Source: Dehalococcoidia bacterium | GTDB lineage: Bacteria > Chloroflexota > Dehalococcoidia > Bin125 | Assembly (NCBI GenBank): GCA_022825265.1 | Contig: JAJDXE010000006.1 | Location: forward strand, 20,923-84,922 | DNA: 64,000 nucleotides | Reading direction: 5' to 3' | Part shown: positions 18,475 to 27,832 of the stretch, piece by piece | Numbering within the stretch: the first letter of the stretch is position 1 | Layout: every line of letters starts with the position of its first letter | Notes under the pieces: model-generated | Database searches by the model: none | The model's input: the letters and a program-made list of their open reading frames with translations, nothing else | What the model was told of the DNA's origin: nothing | Program-made: the position numbers and the translations under genes

Positions 18475-19656
18475 ATGGACTATCAATTCAACGAATCCGA
18501 CAACGCCTTCCGGACGGAGGTCGTGGACTTCATCGACAACAACTGGGTCCCGCCCGAGGGATCGAACGAACCTGGGGACGACTCGTTCTACGAGGCCGAG
18601 CGCGCGTTCGAGAAGCGGGCGGCCTCCAAGGGCTGGCTGACGATGGCCTGGCCGGAGGAGTACGGCGGCCGCGGCGCGAGCCACATTCAACAGATGATCT
18701 ACCGCGAGGAAGCGGCCTACCGCGGCGCGCCCGGTTCCGGCGGGCAGGGCATCTCGATGGTCGGCCCTTGTTTGATGCTGCACGGCACCGAGGAGCAGCG
18801 CAGAGAGCATCTGCCCCGCATCGCCAACGCAGAGTCGTACTGGGCTCAGGGCTTCTCCGAGCCGGGCAACGGCTCTGACCTGGCCGGTCTGCAGACTCGC
18901 GCCGTACGCGACGGCGACGACTTCGTGATCAACGGTCAAAAGATCTGGACCTCGGGCGCGCACCACGCCGACTGGATCCACGTGCTCACGCGCACCGATC
19001 CCGAGGCGCCAAAGCACCGCGGCATTTCCTATTTCCTGCTCGACATGAACACGCCGGGCATCGAGGTCCGACCGTTGATCAACATGCTCGGCGAGCATGG
19101 CTTCAACGAGGTCTACTTCACCGACGTGCGCGTCCCGGCGGCGAACATGATGGGGGAGTACAACCGCGGCTGGTACGTCGCGGCGACCTTGCTCGACTTC
19201 GAGCGCTCGGGTGTGGCCTGGTCGGCGACGTCGCGCAAGAGCGTCGAGCTGATGACCGAGTACGCCGCCGACCGACCGGGCCGTCGAGGCGGCGCGAAGC
19301 TGATCGACGACCCGGGCGTCCGCAACGGGCTCGCCAACCTGATGATCGAATCGGAGATCGCGAAGTTGATTTCCTACCGAGTCGTCTGGATGCAGTCGCA
19401 GGAACTGGTCCCCAACCACGAGGCGTCGATGTCGAAGATGTTCGGCTCCGAGCTCGGACAGCGAGTCGCCCGTTTCGGCGTCAACATGATGGGCCTGCAC
19501 AGCCAGCGGATCGACCCCGACGACCCGGACGCCCCGCTCGCAGCGAGAATTGGCCGAGCGTACATGTCCTCGGTCCCCAGCACGATCGCCGCCGGCACAT
19601 CGGAGATTCAGCGAAACATCATCGCCACCAGGGGCCTGCAGCTTCCGCGCCAGTAA
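18475..19656 (+). CDS. Acyl-CoA dehydrogenase-family protein
   Basis: QGFSEPGNGSDLA, INGQKIWTS, FNEVYF, TIAAGTSEIQRNIIA; ATG 18475 behind AGGAG. Confidence 0.93.
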   Translation: MDYQFNESDNAFRTEVVDFIDNNWVPPEGSNEPGDDSFYEAERAFEKRAASKGWLTMAWPEEYGGRGASHIQQMIYREEAAYRGAPGSGGQGISMVGPCLMLHGTEEQRREHLPRIANAESYWAQGFSEPGNGSDLAGLQTRAVRDGDDFVINGQKIWTSGAHHADWIHVLTRTDPEAPKHRGISYFLLDMNTPGIEVRPLINMLGEHGFNEVYFTDVRVPAANMMGEYNRGWYVAATLLDFERSGVAWSATSRKSVELMTEYAADRPGRRGGAKLIDDPGVRNGLANLMIESEIAKLISYRVVWMQSQELVPNHEASMSKMFGSELGQRVARFGVNMMGLHSQRIDPDDPDAPLAARIGRAYMSSVPSTIAAGTSEIQRNIIATRGLQLPRQ

Positions 19657-19679
19657 CCGGATCAACCGGAACGAAACGC

Positions 19680-19709
19680 AAGAAGCGGCCTCGCAAGGGG
19701 CCGCTTCTT
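19680..19709. terminator. Probable bidirectional intrinsic terminator
   Basis: AAGAAGCGGCC-TC-GCAA-GG-GGCCGCTTCTT between convergent genes. Confidence 0.7.
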
Positions 19710-19732
19710 CGTGTTGGCGCTGTGGCTCCGAT

Positions 19733-20230
19733 TCACCCAGAGCGCGCACCTCTGAGCAGGTCATTGACGTGCTCGCGGACATGACCGACGGCGACGCCTT
19801 CCAGCACATCAAGCAGCGTGCCCTCGACGCCTCCGGCTGACCTGGTCGGCTGCTTGAGCAGTTCTTCGTCGGCTGCTCGGATTGCGTCGATTGTCTCGGC
19901 CCGATTGCGCCGGAATTCCGTCAGCAATTGCTCGACCGGCTGGTCGTCCCGGCGGGCGACCTGCTTGGCGTTGTAGGCGTCCATGTCGAATCCGGCGCCT
20001 CCACCTTGGGGGACGTCGTCTCCGGCGGCTCGCTGTTCGGCTCGCTCGATCAGGCGGGGATAGGTCCACTCGATCGCGGCGATGTGGGCCAGGAGTTGTC
20101 GCGCGTTCCAGCCCTGCTCGTAGACGCCTCGCTCGAAGGCTTCGTCAGGCAGTTGGGCGACCGCTTCCTGAAACTCTTCACTGTCCTGCTGGAGTTCTGC
20201 GATCAGTTCTTCACGGTTGGTGATGCTCAT
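19733..20230 (-). CDS. DinB/maleylpyruvate-isomerase-like protein
   Basis: WNARQLLAHIA, MDAYNA, HVREH; ATG overlaps SDR stop (ATGA). Confidence 0.75.
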   Translation of the reverse strand: MSITNREELIAELQQDSEEFQEAVAQLPDEAFERGVYEQGWNARQLLAHIAAIEWTYPRLIERAEQRAAGDDVPQGGGAGFDMDAYNAKQVARRDDQPVEQLLTEFRRNRAETIDAIRAADEELLKQPTRSAGGVEGTLLDVLEGVAVGHVREHVNDLLRGARSG

Positions 20231-21093
20231 GTTGCCGGCCACTCCGCTCCGGTGATCTCGTTGGTGGCGTCCCAGAGGCGTTCGGCGGCTTGACGATCGG
20301 TGGCCTGTGGTTGCTGCTGGGTGCGGGTGTGGCGGTCGAAGTACTCGCCGGCGTCTGCGCGTCGGGCGGAGTCGGTGACAAGCTCGACGACCGGAGCGGC
20401 GCCCTCCTCGGGACTGCGCAGCAACGGCCGCAGGACGCGAAGACCGGCCCGCATCGGAGCGGGGAAGTTCTGCGCGAAATTGGTCGCCACGACGCCGGGG
20501 TGGACGGAGAAGGCGGCTAACCCGGCGTCGTGCGTGCGTCGATGCAGTTCGTTGGTGAATAGGATGTTGGCCAGCTTGGTCGCGCAATAGGGCCGAATTC
20601 CACCCCAGTAGTGCTCGAAGTTGAGGTCGTCCAGCGGCATCGCCTCGACGCGCTCATAGACGCGCGAGCTGACGTTGACGACTCGGGCATCGTCCGACTC
20701 AAGCAGCTTCGGCAGCAGCAGCGAGGTGAGCAGGACGTGCGAGAAGTGATTCGTCTGCATCATCGTCTCATGGCCGTCGCCGGTGAGCTGTCGGTCGTTG
20801 AGAGTGAGCCCCGCGTTGTTGACCAGGACATCGAGCCGTTCGGTGCGTTCCAGCAGTTCGTCGGCGGCTCGCCGGACGGAGGCAAACGAGGTCAGGTCCA
20901 TTTGCAGCAGTTCGACAGCGATGGAGCCGCTGTCCTTCTGGATCTGCGAGACGGCGGCCTGGCCGCGTTCGGGCGAGCGGGCGGCGGCGAAGACGTGCCA
21001 GCCGCGTCGCGCCAGGTCGGTGGCGGCCGCCTGACCGATGCCGCTGTTGGCTCCGGTGATGAGAACGGTCGGAGGTGTTGAGGGAGCGTTCAT
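20227..21093 (-). CDS. Short-chain dehydrogenase/reductase, retinol-dehydrogenase-like
   Basis: TGANSGIG, LVNNAG, NVSS, YCATK (YxxxK), HPGVV; ATG overlaps hpnA stop. Confidence 0.9.
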   Translation of the reverse strand: MNAPSTPPTVLITGANSGIGQAAATDLARRGWHVFAAARSPERGQAAVSQIQKDSGSIAVELLQMDLTSFASVRRAADELLERTERLDVLVNNAGLTLNDRQLTGDGHETMMQTNHFSHVLLTSLLLPKLLESDDARVVNVSSRVYERVEAMPLDDLNFEHYWGGIRPYCATKLANILFTNELHRRTHDAGLAAFSVHPGVVATNFAQNFPAPMRAGLRVLRPLLRSPEEGAAPVVELVTDSARRADAGEYFDRHTRTQQQPQATDRQAAERLWDATNEITGAEWPAT

Positions 21094-22091
21094 TGACGGA
21101 CTTTCTGAAACCAGGTCACCGCTTCTCGGAATGTCTCGTCCAGAGCGGTCTGCGGCAGTCGCAACTCTTCGATCGCCTTGCGGCAATCGAAGAACTGCTG
21201 TCGGCGGGCGAGCCGGACTCCCGCAATAGTCGCCCGTGGTTGCTGTCTGGTCAAAGCGCTGATCAGAAACTCATCGATCACCGCGGCTGCGAAGGCCACC
21301 GGTAATGGGAGCGCAATCCTCGGCAGCGAAGCGCCGCTCGATAACGCAGCGCATTCGATGATCTCGCGCAAGGTCAGATTGCCATCGCGGTGTCCGAGGA
21401 TGTAGCGCTCGCCGATGCGTCCGCGCTGGGCGGCCGCGACGTGTCCGGCGGCGACGTCGGAGACGTGGACGATGTTCAGGCCTGCGGACTTCATGTAGGC
21501 CGGCATGTCGCCGCTGGCTGCGTCGCGAATCAGGAATCCGGTGGGCGTTGGCTTGAGGTCCAAGGGGCCGATCGGGGCTGTAGGCAGGACGCAGACCGCG
21601 GGCAGAGACTCGGATTGGACCAGTTCGTGGACGAGCCGCTCACTGAGAATCTTGGTCTCCTCGTACGGTCCTGGTGCATCTTCGACAGTCGCCCACTGTG
21701 TTTCGTCGGCGGGCCTTGATGGGTCGAGAGGCGGTCCGACTGCGGCGACGGAAGACGTGTGCACGACGTGGTCGACCTGCGCCCGGAGCGCGGCCAGCAT
21801 TAGTTGCCGTGTGCCGTCGACGTTGGCACGATAAGCGTCCGCTCGGGCGCGTCGGCTGAGGTCGTAGCGGGCGGCGACGCTGAAGAGGGTGTCGACCCCT
21901 GCCAGTGCGTTGGCGAGCGAAGTCGGCTCGGTGAGGTCTCCGTGGACGATCTCGATCGGCAGCCCATCGAGGCTGCGTTGGTCGCTGCCCTCGCGGACCA
22001 TGGCCCGGACTTCGGCGCCCGCCTCGAGCGCGGCGCGGACGACATGAGCGCCGATGAACCCGTTGGCTCCTGTGACCAGAGCTCGCTTCAA
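21090..22091 (-). CDS. hpnA: Hopanoid-associated NAD-dependent epimerase/dehydratase
   Basis: VTGANGFIG, HTSSVA, YEETK, PIGPLDLKPTPTG; hopanoid context. Confidence 0.75.
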   Translation of the reverse strand: MKRALVTGANGFIGAHVVRAALEAGAEVRAMVREGSDQRSLDGLPIEIVHGDLTEPTSLANALAGVDTLFSVAARYDLSRRARADAYRANVDGTRQLMLAALRAQVDHVVHTSSVAAVGPPLDPSRPADETQWATVEDAPGPYEETKILSERLVHELVQSESLPAVCVLPTAPIGPLDLKPTPTGFLIRDAASGDMPAYMKSAGLNIVHVSDVAAGHVAAAQRGRIGERYILGHRDGNLTLREIIECAALSSGASLPRIALPLPVAFAAAVIDEFLISALTRQQPRATIAGVRLARRQQFFDCRKAIEELRLPQTALDETFREAVTWFQKVRQ

Positions 22092-22110
22092 GGGGATTCC
22101 GTAATCGGCG

Positions 22111-22803
22111 CTACGCGCCGTTCTCGCCGACGAGAGCGGGGATGATCAAGGTCATCGCTCGCTCCAGCTCCTGGATGGCCGATTGACGCTGGATGCCGAG
22201 TGAGACGAGCTCGGGCAGCAGGCCGGGACGGCGGATCGCGCCGACCGCGATGTCCAGGGCGGATGGCTTGCCTCGCCACTGGACGACCTCGTTGGGGATG
22301 TCGTCGTCGAGCGCATCCATCACGACGCGCACGCAGGCGAAGGGGATGTCCGCCGCGGCGCAGGCCTCGGCCCATTCTGCGTCTTCCATCTGGACGATTT
22401 CGGCGCCCGAGTCGGCAGCCTCGCGCTTTTCCGGCCTGGTGAACAGGATTTCCGGCGTGGTGATGCTGGTCACCGACTGCCAGAAGATGTCGGCCCGGTT
22501 GAGCAGGCGGATCGTTTGCTTGCGAAGCTGTTCGTCGGCCTCGAAGACTGCGCCGTCGGTCTGGCGGATGATGCTGGTCGGCAGGGTGATCGATGGCCGC
22601 CGCAAGGTGTTCGTCAGGCCGCCGGCGACGCCGATGCTGATCACCTGGGAAGGCGAGCGTTCCATCGTCTCCTCGGCCGCGTCTCGGGCACGCTGAGGCC
22701 CGACGCCGGAGGTGACGATCCGCACCCGTCCGCGCCCGGCGATCGCTTGTCCGGCGCGGGCGGCTTTCGCCTCCCAGGGAAGTGCAGCGGTGATCGTGAG
22801 CAT
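22111..22803 (-). CDS. hpnG: HpnG-like nucleoside phosphorylase (adenosylhopane nucleosidase)
   Basis: SGVG, SIGVAGGL, QME, PFACVRVVMD phosphorylase-fold motifs; adjacent to hpnA; divergent sequence. Confidence 0.6.
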   Translation of the reverse strand: MLTITAALPWEAKAARAGQAIAGRGRVRIVTSGVGPQRARDAAEETMERSPSQVISIGVAGGLTNTLRRPSITLPTSIIRQTDGAVFEADEQLRKQTIRLLNRADIFWQSVTSITTPEILFTRPEKREAADSGAEIVQMEDAEWAEACAAADIPFACVRVVMDALDDDIPNEVVQWRGKPSALDIAVGAIRRPGLLPELVSLGIQRQSAIQELERAMTLIIPALVGENGA

Positions 22804-22970
22804 GGGATTCAGTCTACGCCAGAGCCTGATCTGTCAGTCCCGCCTCCCACGGGTTATGCCATCCTCGACAGACCTGTGGCCGGCCGATCGCTGGGCGAAG
22901 ATGCACCGAGACGATGGGTAGACTGAGCTTTAGGCAAGACCCGGCCACACTCGAGCCGCGAGGATGATCC

Positions 22971-23756
22971 ATGTACGAAACCCTCCTGTACGACATTGAA
23001 GACGGTATCTGCACGATTACGCTGAATCGTCCGGAGTCGCTGAACGCGCTCAACGGGACGATGCTGAACGAACTGCCATTGGCCTGCGAGCAAGCGGCGG
23101 CGGACAACGATGTCCGCGTCGTGATCCTGACCGGTTCCGGCCGGTTGTTCTGCGCCGGTGGCGACCTCAAGGACACCGGTCGCGGCGACATTCGTAATCT
23201 CGAGCAGAGCATCTACTCGCTGACCAACCAGGAGCGCGCCTCGGTGCTGCTGCACCAGATGCCGAAGCCCACGATTGCGGCGATCAACGGCGGCGCGGCG
23301 GGCGCAGGATGTTCCCTGACGCTGGCCTGCGATCTGCGCTACATGTCGACCACGGCGTATCTCTATACCGCGTTCCTGAAGGTCGGATTCTCGGGCGACT
23401 TCGGCGGAACCTGGACGCTGCCTCGGTTGGTCGGAATGGGCAAGGCTCGCGAGATGTACCTGCTGCCCGATCGTGTGCAGGCTGATGAGGCGTTGTCGCT
23501 CGGTCTGGCCAACGGCGTCTACGACCCGGAAGAACTGATGCCGAACGTACTTCAGGTCGCCGCTCAGTTGCGCGATTCCCATCCCGGGGCAATCGCGCAG
23601 ATCAAGAACAACCTCAACGACGCATTCACGATTCCGTTGTCGGAAGCGGTCCGGCGCGAGGCGGACCGGATGCGTCGGGTGGGTGAGAGCGAGGATTCGA
23701 TCGAGGCACGACGGGCGTTCGTCGAGAAGCGACGTCCGGTGTTCAAGGGACGGTGA
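22971..23756 (+). CDS. Enoyl-CoA hydratase/isomerase-family protein
   Basis: ITLNRPESLNAL, FCAGGDL, AINGGAAGAG, AFVEKRRPVFKG. Confidence 0.92.
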   Translation: MYETLLYDIEDGICTITLNRPESLNALNGTMLNELPLACEQAAADNDVRVVILTGSGRLFCAGGDLKDTGRGDIRNLEQSIYSLTNQERASVLLHQMPKPTIAAINGGAAGAGCSLTLACDLRYMSTTAYLYTAFLKVGFSGDFGGTWTLPRLVGMGKAREMYLLPDRVQADEALSLGLANGVYDPEELMPNVLQVAAQLRDSHPGAIAQIKNNLNDAFTIPLSEAVRREADRMRRVGESEDSIEARRAFVEKRRPVFKGR

Positions 23757-23803
23757 TTGAATAGGGCCGAGGGCGGCCCACCACATCGGTTGAGAGGTGC
23801 GCC

Positions 23804-24571
23804 ATGTTGCGAATGCGGCAGATCTGCCTGGTGGCTGAGGATCTGGACATGATTGAATCGCACCTGCGCGGCGTCTTCGGGCTGGAGGTCTGTCACCGCG
23901 ATCCTGGCGTCGGCCGATTCGGCCTGCACAACTTCCTGATGCCAGTCGGCAACGCGTTCCTCGAAGTCGTCTCGCCGATGATGCCTGGCACGGCAGGCGG
24001 ACGTTACTTACGCCGTCGCGGCGGCGACGGCGGCTACATGGTGATCATGCAGTGCGGCGACATCGCTGAGCGCCGGGCGCGTGTGGCCGAACTCGGCATC
24101 CGCCTGATCACCGACGGGGGCAACGACCAGACGGACGGCATTCAACTTCATCCGAAGGATGTTCCTGGCGCGATCGCCGAGCTTCGCTGGAATACGGGCG
24201 ACGAAGAGCTGGACGGTCCCTGGAATCCGGCAGGCGACCACTGGCTGCCGGCCAAGCGTGAGCATGTGATCACCGCGATGACTGCCGCCGAACTGCAGTC
24301 GGAGGATCCGGCCGCGATGGCGGCCCGATGGTCAGAGGTGTTGGAGATTCCCACGGGTTCGGATGACGATGGCCACCCGACCGTGGCGCTCGATGACGCG
24401 ACCCTCCGGTTCGTCGAGGCGACCGACGGCCGCGGCGAAGGCCTGGGCGGGCTCGATGTAGCGACAGTTGATCGCGGCCATGTGATCACGACGGCGAGGC
24501 ATCACGACCTTGAGGTGTCGGAGGATGAGTCGATTGTGACGCTCTGCGGGGTGCGGTTCCGGTTGGTCTAG
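23804..24571 (+). CDS. VOC/glyoxalase-like protein
   Basis: LRMRQICLV, FLEVVSP, GGDGGYMVI, QLHPKD. Confidence 0.75.
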   Translation: MLRMRQICLVAEDLDMIESHLRGVFGLEVCHRDPGVGRFGLHNFLMPVGNAFLEVVSPMMPGTAGGRYLRRRGGDGGYMVIMQCGDIAERRARVAELGIRLITDGGNDQTDGIQLHPKDVPGAIAELRWNTGDEELDGPWNPAGDHWLPAKREHVITAMTAAELQSEDPAAMAARWSEVLEIPTGSDDDGHPTVALDDATLRFVEATDGRGEGLGGLDVATVDRGHVITTARHHDLEVSEDESIVTLCGVRFRLV

Positions 24572-25998
24572 ACGAGCAGGCTGATCGCGGCCTGGGCGAT
24601 GCCGAGGAAGAGCAGGAATCCGAACACGTCGGTGAAGGTGGTAACGACCACGGCCGAGGCGACGGCGGGGTCGATGCCGACGCGTCGCATCAGCAGCGGC
24701 ACACCGGCACCGACAGTACCTGCGATGATCATGTTGCCGAGCATCGCAAAGCCGAGCACCAGCGCGAGTCCGTGGTTGCCTTGCCAGATCACGGCGATCG
24801 CAGCGACCAACAGGCCGAGCCAGATGCCGTGAATGAGGCCGAGGATACCCTCGCGGACCAACAGCCGCTTCGCCTGCATACCGACGAGTTCGCCGAGCGC
24901 GATGGCGCGAACAATCAGGGTGAGCGTCTGCGTGCCGCCGATGCCGCCCTGTCCAGCGACGACGGGAAGGAACGCGGCGAGGACGACGAGTTGAGCCAGC
25001 GTGGATTCGAAGAGGGAGATTGTGGCGGCGGCGAGGAACGTGGTGGCCAGATTGATCGTCAGCCAGGGCAGCCGCGTGCGGATCGAGGCGACCATCGGTC
25101 CGTCGGCGCGCTCTCCGGGAACGTTCGCCACCTGGAGCATCTGGCGGGTGTCTTCTTCGACGGTGACTCCCAAGAGCGCGTCAGGCAGAATCACGCCGAT
25201 GAGTTGATTGCCTTCGATCACGGGAAGCTGGGTCAGGTTGTAGTGACGCCGCAGCCGGGCGCATTCCTGGGCCGGGGTGTCGACGGACACGACCGCGGTG
25301 AGCGGAGCCGCGATCGCTGTTGCGCTGGCATCGGCGGGAGCCAACGCCAGGTCGACCATTGATATCTGCCCCTCCGGTATGCCCTCAGCATTGAGGACGT
25401 AGAGATAAGTCAGACGATCGCGATCTTCCTCTAGCGCCTCCAGGGCCCTGCGCAAGTCGGCGATACCGGCGTCGGCGTCAACGGCGACAAAGCGGTCCGT
25501 CATCAGCGCGCCGGCAGTGTTGGGATCCTGCCGGAGCAACTCGCTCTCGACGATCGGTTGGTCCAACTGCTCCGCAACTTGCTGTGCTCGACGGAGGGGG
25601 AGTTTCTGGAGAGCAGTGAGCGCGTGGCGAGGATTGACCTGGTCGAGGACGAAGGAGAGGGTCTGGATACTCAGTCGCGCGCCAAGTCGGCTGGCCTCGA
25701 CCGGGTTCATGTGATGGAGCACCCAGGTGACGGTTTGGGGCGACATAATCTCCAGCAGCGCTTCGCTGCTGGCACGAGGCAGACCGGCGAGGATCAGCCC
25801 GACGTCGGCAGGATGCAGCTGACGCAGCCGCTGCCAGGCGGCGGCCTCGTCGCCGGCGGCGACCAGTTCCTTGACTCGCTCTGCGATCCGCCCGACCTCT
25901 TCCAGCGGGATCGCTGGAGCGAGCTCGGCAGGCGGTTGGCTCTCGATAGTCGGCTCGGGGCCTGGTTCTTGTCTCGACACCGTGAGATCTCCTTGCAC
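24568..25998 (-). CDS. mgtE: MgtE-family magnesium transporter
   Basis: LHPAD N-domain, TAGALMT and CBS pair, IRTRLPWL, five TM segments, TTFTD. Confidence 0.88.
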   Translation of the reverse strand: MQGDLTVSRQEPGPEPTIESQPPAELAPAIPLEEVGRIAERVKELVAAGDEAAAWQRLRQLHPADVGLILAGLPRASSEALLEIMSPQTVTWVLHHMNPVEASRLGARLSIQTLSFVLDQVNPRHALTALQKLPLRRAQQVAEQLDQPIVESELLRQDPNTAGALMTDRFVAVDADAGIADLRRALEALEEDRDRLTYLYVLNAEGIPEGQISMVDLALAPADASATAIAAPLTAVVSVDTPAQECARLRRHYNLTQLPVIEGNQLIGVILPDALLGVTVEEDTRQMLQVANVPGERADGPMVASIRTRLPWLTINLATTFLAAATISLFESTLAQLVVLAAFLPVVAGQGGIGGTQTLTLIVRAIALGELVGMQAKRLLVREGILGLIHGIWLGLLVAAIAVIWQGNHGLALVLGFAMLGNMIIAGTVGAGVPLLMRRVGIDPAVASAVVVTTFTDVFGFLLFLGIAQAAISLLV

Positions 25999-26106
25999 GA
26001 CGATGCGCCAGTGCGGCCGAGGGCGCTGTTGATCGGAATTCTGGCAGAAGACGGCGATACTCGACCCCTGCCGGGGCAGGCTCGTGGACGGGCAGGAGCA
26101 GGTTGG

Positions 26107-27114
26107 TTAGCGGATCGAGCCGACGAAGCTGCGGAGGCCGGCCTTGAGGTTGGTGGTGGCGTCGATCACGGCGGAAGCTTCGTAGCCCGAGTGGACCATG
26201 CAGTCGACGCACTTGGGATTGCCCGAGGCGACGCCGTAGTTCTCCCACTCGGTCTCTTCGATCAACTCGTGCCAGCTTTCGGCGTAGCCCTCGTCCATCA
26301 GGTAGCAGGGCCGCTGCCAGCCGAAGACGGTGTAGGTCGGGTTGCCCCACGGCGTGCAGTCGTACTCGATCTCGCCCTTGAGGAAGTCGAGGAAGAGCTC
26401 GGAGTGATTGAACTTCCAGTGCCTGGGCGGGTCGTTGAGGATGTCGCGGAACAGATCCTTGGTCTGGTTGCGTGCCAGGAAGTGCTCCTGGTCGGGCGCC
26501 TTCTCATAGGGGTAGCCGGGCGAGATCATCAGGCCGTCGACGCCGATCTCCATCAGCTTGTCGAACATCATCCGGATGCGGTCCGGCTTGGCCCCGAGGA
26601 AAAAGGTGCTGTTCGTGGTCACCCGGAAGCCGCGCGCTTTAGCCGCCTCGATCGCCCGGATCGCGACGTCCCAGATGCCGTCACGGCAGACCGAATCGTC
26701 GTGGTCCTGTTCGTAGCCGTCGACGTGGACGGAGAAGGTCAGGTACGGGTTGGGCTCGAAGTCCTGCAGCTTGCGCTCCAGCAGGATCGCATTGGTGCAG
26801 AGGTAGACGAACTTCTTGCGCTCGGTGTAGCCGTTGGCGATCTCGACGATGTCCTTGTGGATCAGCGGCTCGCCGCCGGCGATCGCGACCACCGGCGCGC
26901 CGCATTCCTCAACCGCGTCCCAGCACTGCTGCGGCGTGAGGCGACGGCGGAGGATGTCGTTGGGGTGCTGGATCTTGCCGCAACCCGCGCACTCGAGGTT
27001 GCATTGCAGCAGCGGTTCGAGCATCAGCACGAGCGGGTAGCGCTCGGTCCGGCGCAGACGCTGGCCGACGACATACTTGCCGACCTGAATGGTTTGTCTC
27101 AGTGGTGTGGCCAT
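26107..27114 (-). CDS. hpnH: Adenosylhopane synthase, radical SAM
   Basis: YPLVLMLEPLLQCNLECAGCGKI, AGGEPLIH, CTPWGNPT, NPKCVDCMVHSGYE. Confidence 0.93.
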   Translation of the reverse strand: MATPLRQTIQVGKYVVGQRLRRTERYPLVLMLEPLLQCNLECAGCGKIQHPNDILRRRLTPQQCWDAVEECGAPVVAIAGGEPLIHKDIVEIANGYTERKKFVYLCTNAILLERKLQDFEPNPYLTFSVHVDGYEQDHDDSVCRDGIWDVAIRAIEAAKARGFRVTTNSTFFLGAKPDRIRMMFDKLMEIGVDGLMISPGYPYEKAPDQEHFLARNQTKDLFRDILNDPPRHWKFNHSELFLDFLKGEIEYDCTPWGNPTYTVFGWQRPCYLMDEGYAESWHELIEETEWENYGVASGNPKCVDCMVHSGYEASAVIDATTNLKAGLRSFVGSIR

Positions 27115-27162
27115 CAGTCGTCCACCCTATCTGGTGGGAGTCTGGTTACCTGGTGAACGTCC

Positions 27163-27225
27163 CGTCATTCCCGCCGAGGCGGGAATCTCGACCCACCAGC
27201 GCGCGGCCAAAGCTGCGCGAGATTC
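27163..27225. repeat. CGTC-family REP with partial inverted partner (degenerate REPIN)
   Basis: CGTCATTCCCGCCGAGGCGGGAATCTCG (27163-27190) and partial inverse CGAGATTC (27218-27225). Confidence 0.65.
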
Positions 27226-27241
27226 TTGCACCTGTTGCAGT

Positions 27242-27832
27242 TTAGAGGAGTTCTAGCGCGCGCTGGTATGCGTCGGGAGTGTTGAGGTTGAGCGTCACGA
27301 TCGGGTTGTCCATCTCCACGAAGATAGTGCGATCCGCATGGCGGCGTCTGAGTTGCCGTAGACCTTCCAGGCGTTCTGTCACGTTCTGTAGTTCGGTCAG
27401 CACCGCGGAGCGGAAGATCGGCGGATGGCCGTTGCGTCCCTCGTGTCGGGGGACGGCGATCAGCGCCTCGGGAGCTGCTGCAAGCTCTGACTCAAGCACC
27501 TCGATTACCGAAGCCTCTGTCGGTTGGTCCACCGAGACGACCACCGCCGCATCAACGCCGGACGGGACCGCGCGAGCGCCGGTCCGGATCGAGGAGGCGC
27601 GGCCTGATCGCCAGTTGCGGTTGGTCGTGATCTGGACATCGGCGCGAGCCGGCAACGTTGGTCGGACCCGGCTGGCGTGCGCGCCCAGCACCACGACGAC
27701 CGGGCGGCAGCCCGCAGCGAGCAGGGTCGCGGTCTGAGCGGCGACGAGAGGCTGACCCTGCCAGTCGAGCAGCTGTTTCGGCCGACCCATTCGGGTCGAT
27801 TCACCGGCGGCGAGGAGGATGGCGGCGATCAT
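27242..27832 (-). CDS. MocA-like nucleotidyltransferase
   Basis: ILLAAGESTRMGRPKQLL, SVDQP, NGHPPIF, NLNTPDAY; alternative start 27844. Confidence 0.85.
   Translation of the reverse strand: MIAAILLAAGESTRMGRPKQLLDWQGQPLVAAQTATLLAAGCRPVVVVLGAHASRVRPTLPARADVQITTNRNWRSGRASSIRTGARAVPSGVDAAVVVSVDQPTEASVIEVLESELAAAPEALIAVPRHEGRNGHPPIFRSAVLTELQNVTERLEGLRQLRRRHADRTIFVEMDNPIVTLNLNTPDAYQRALELL

Noticed and set aside
22876-22948. 8-bp long-range inverted repeat GTGGCCGG/CCGGCCAC between hpnG and the enoyl-CoA hydratase gene
   Set aside because: Predicted divergent TAGACT promoters leave at most one arm in a transcript, and such GC-rich 8-mers occur by chance.
26107-27114. B12-dependent hopanoid methylase (HpnP/HpnR), suggested by pduO
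   Set aside because: The protein is 335 aa with HpnH motifs and no cobalamin-binding domain.
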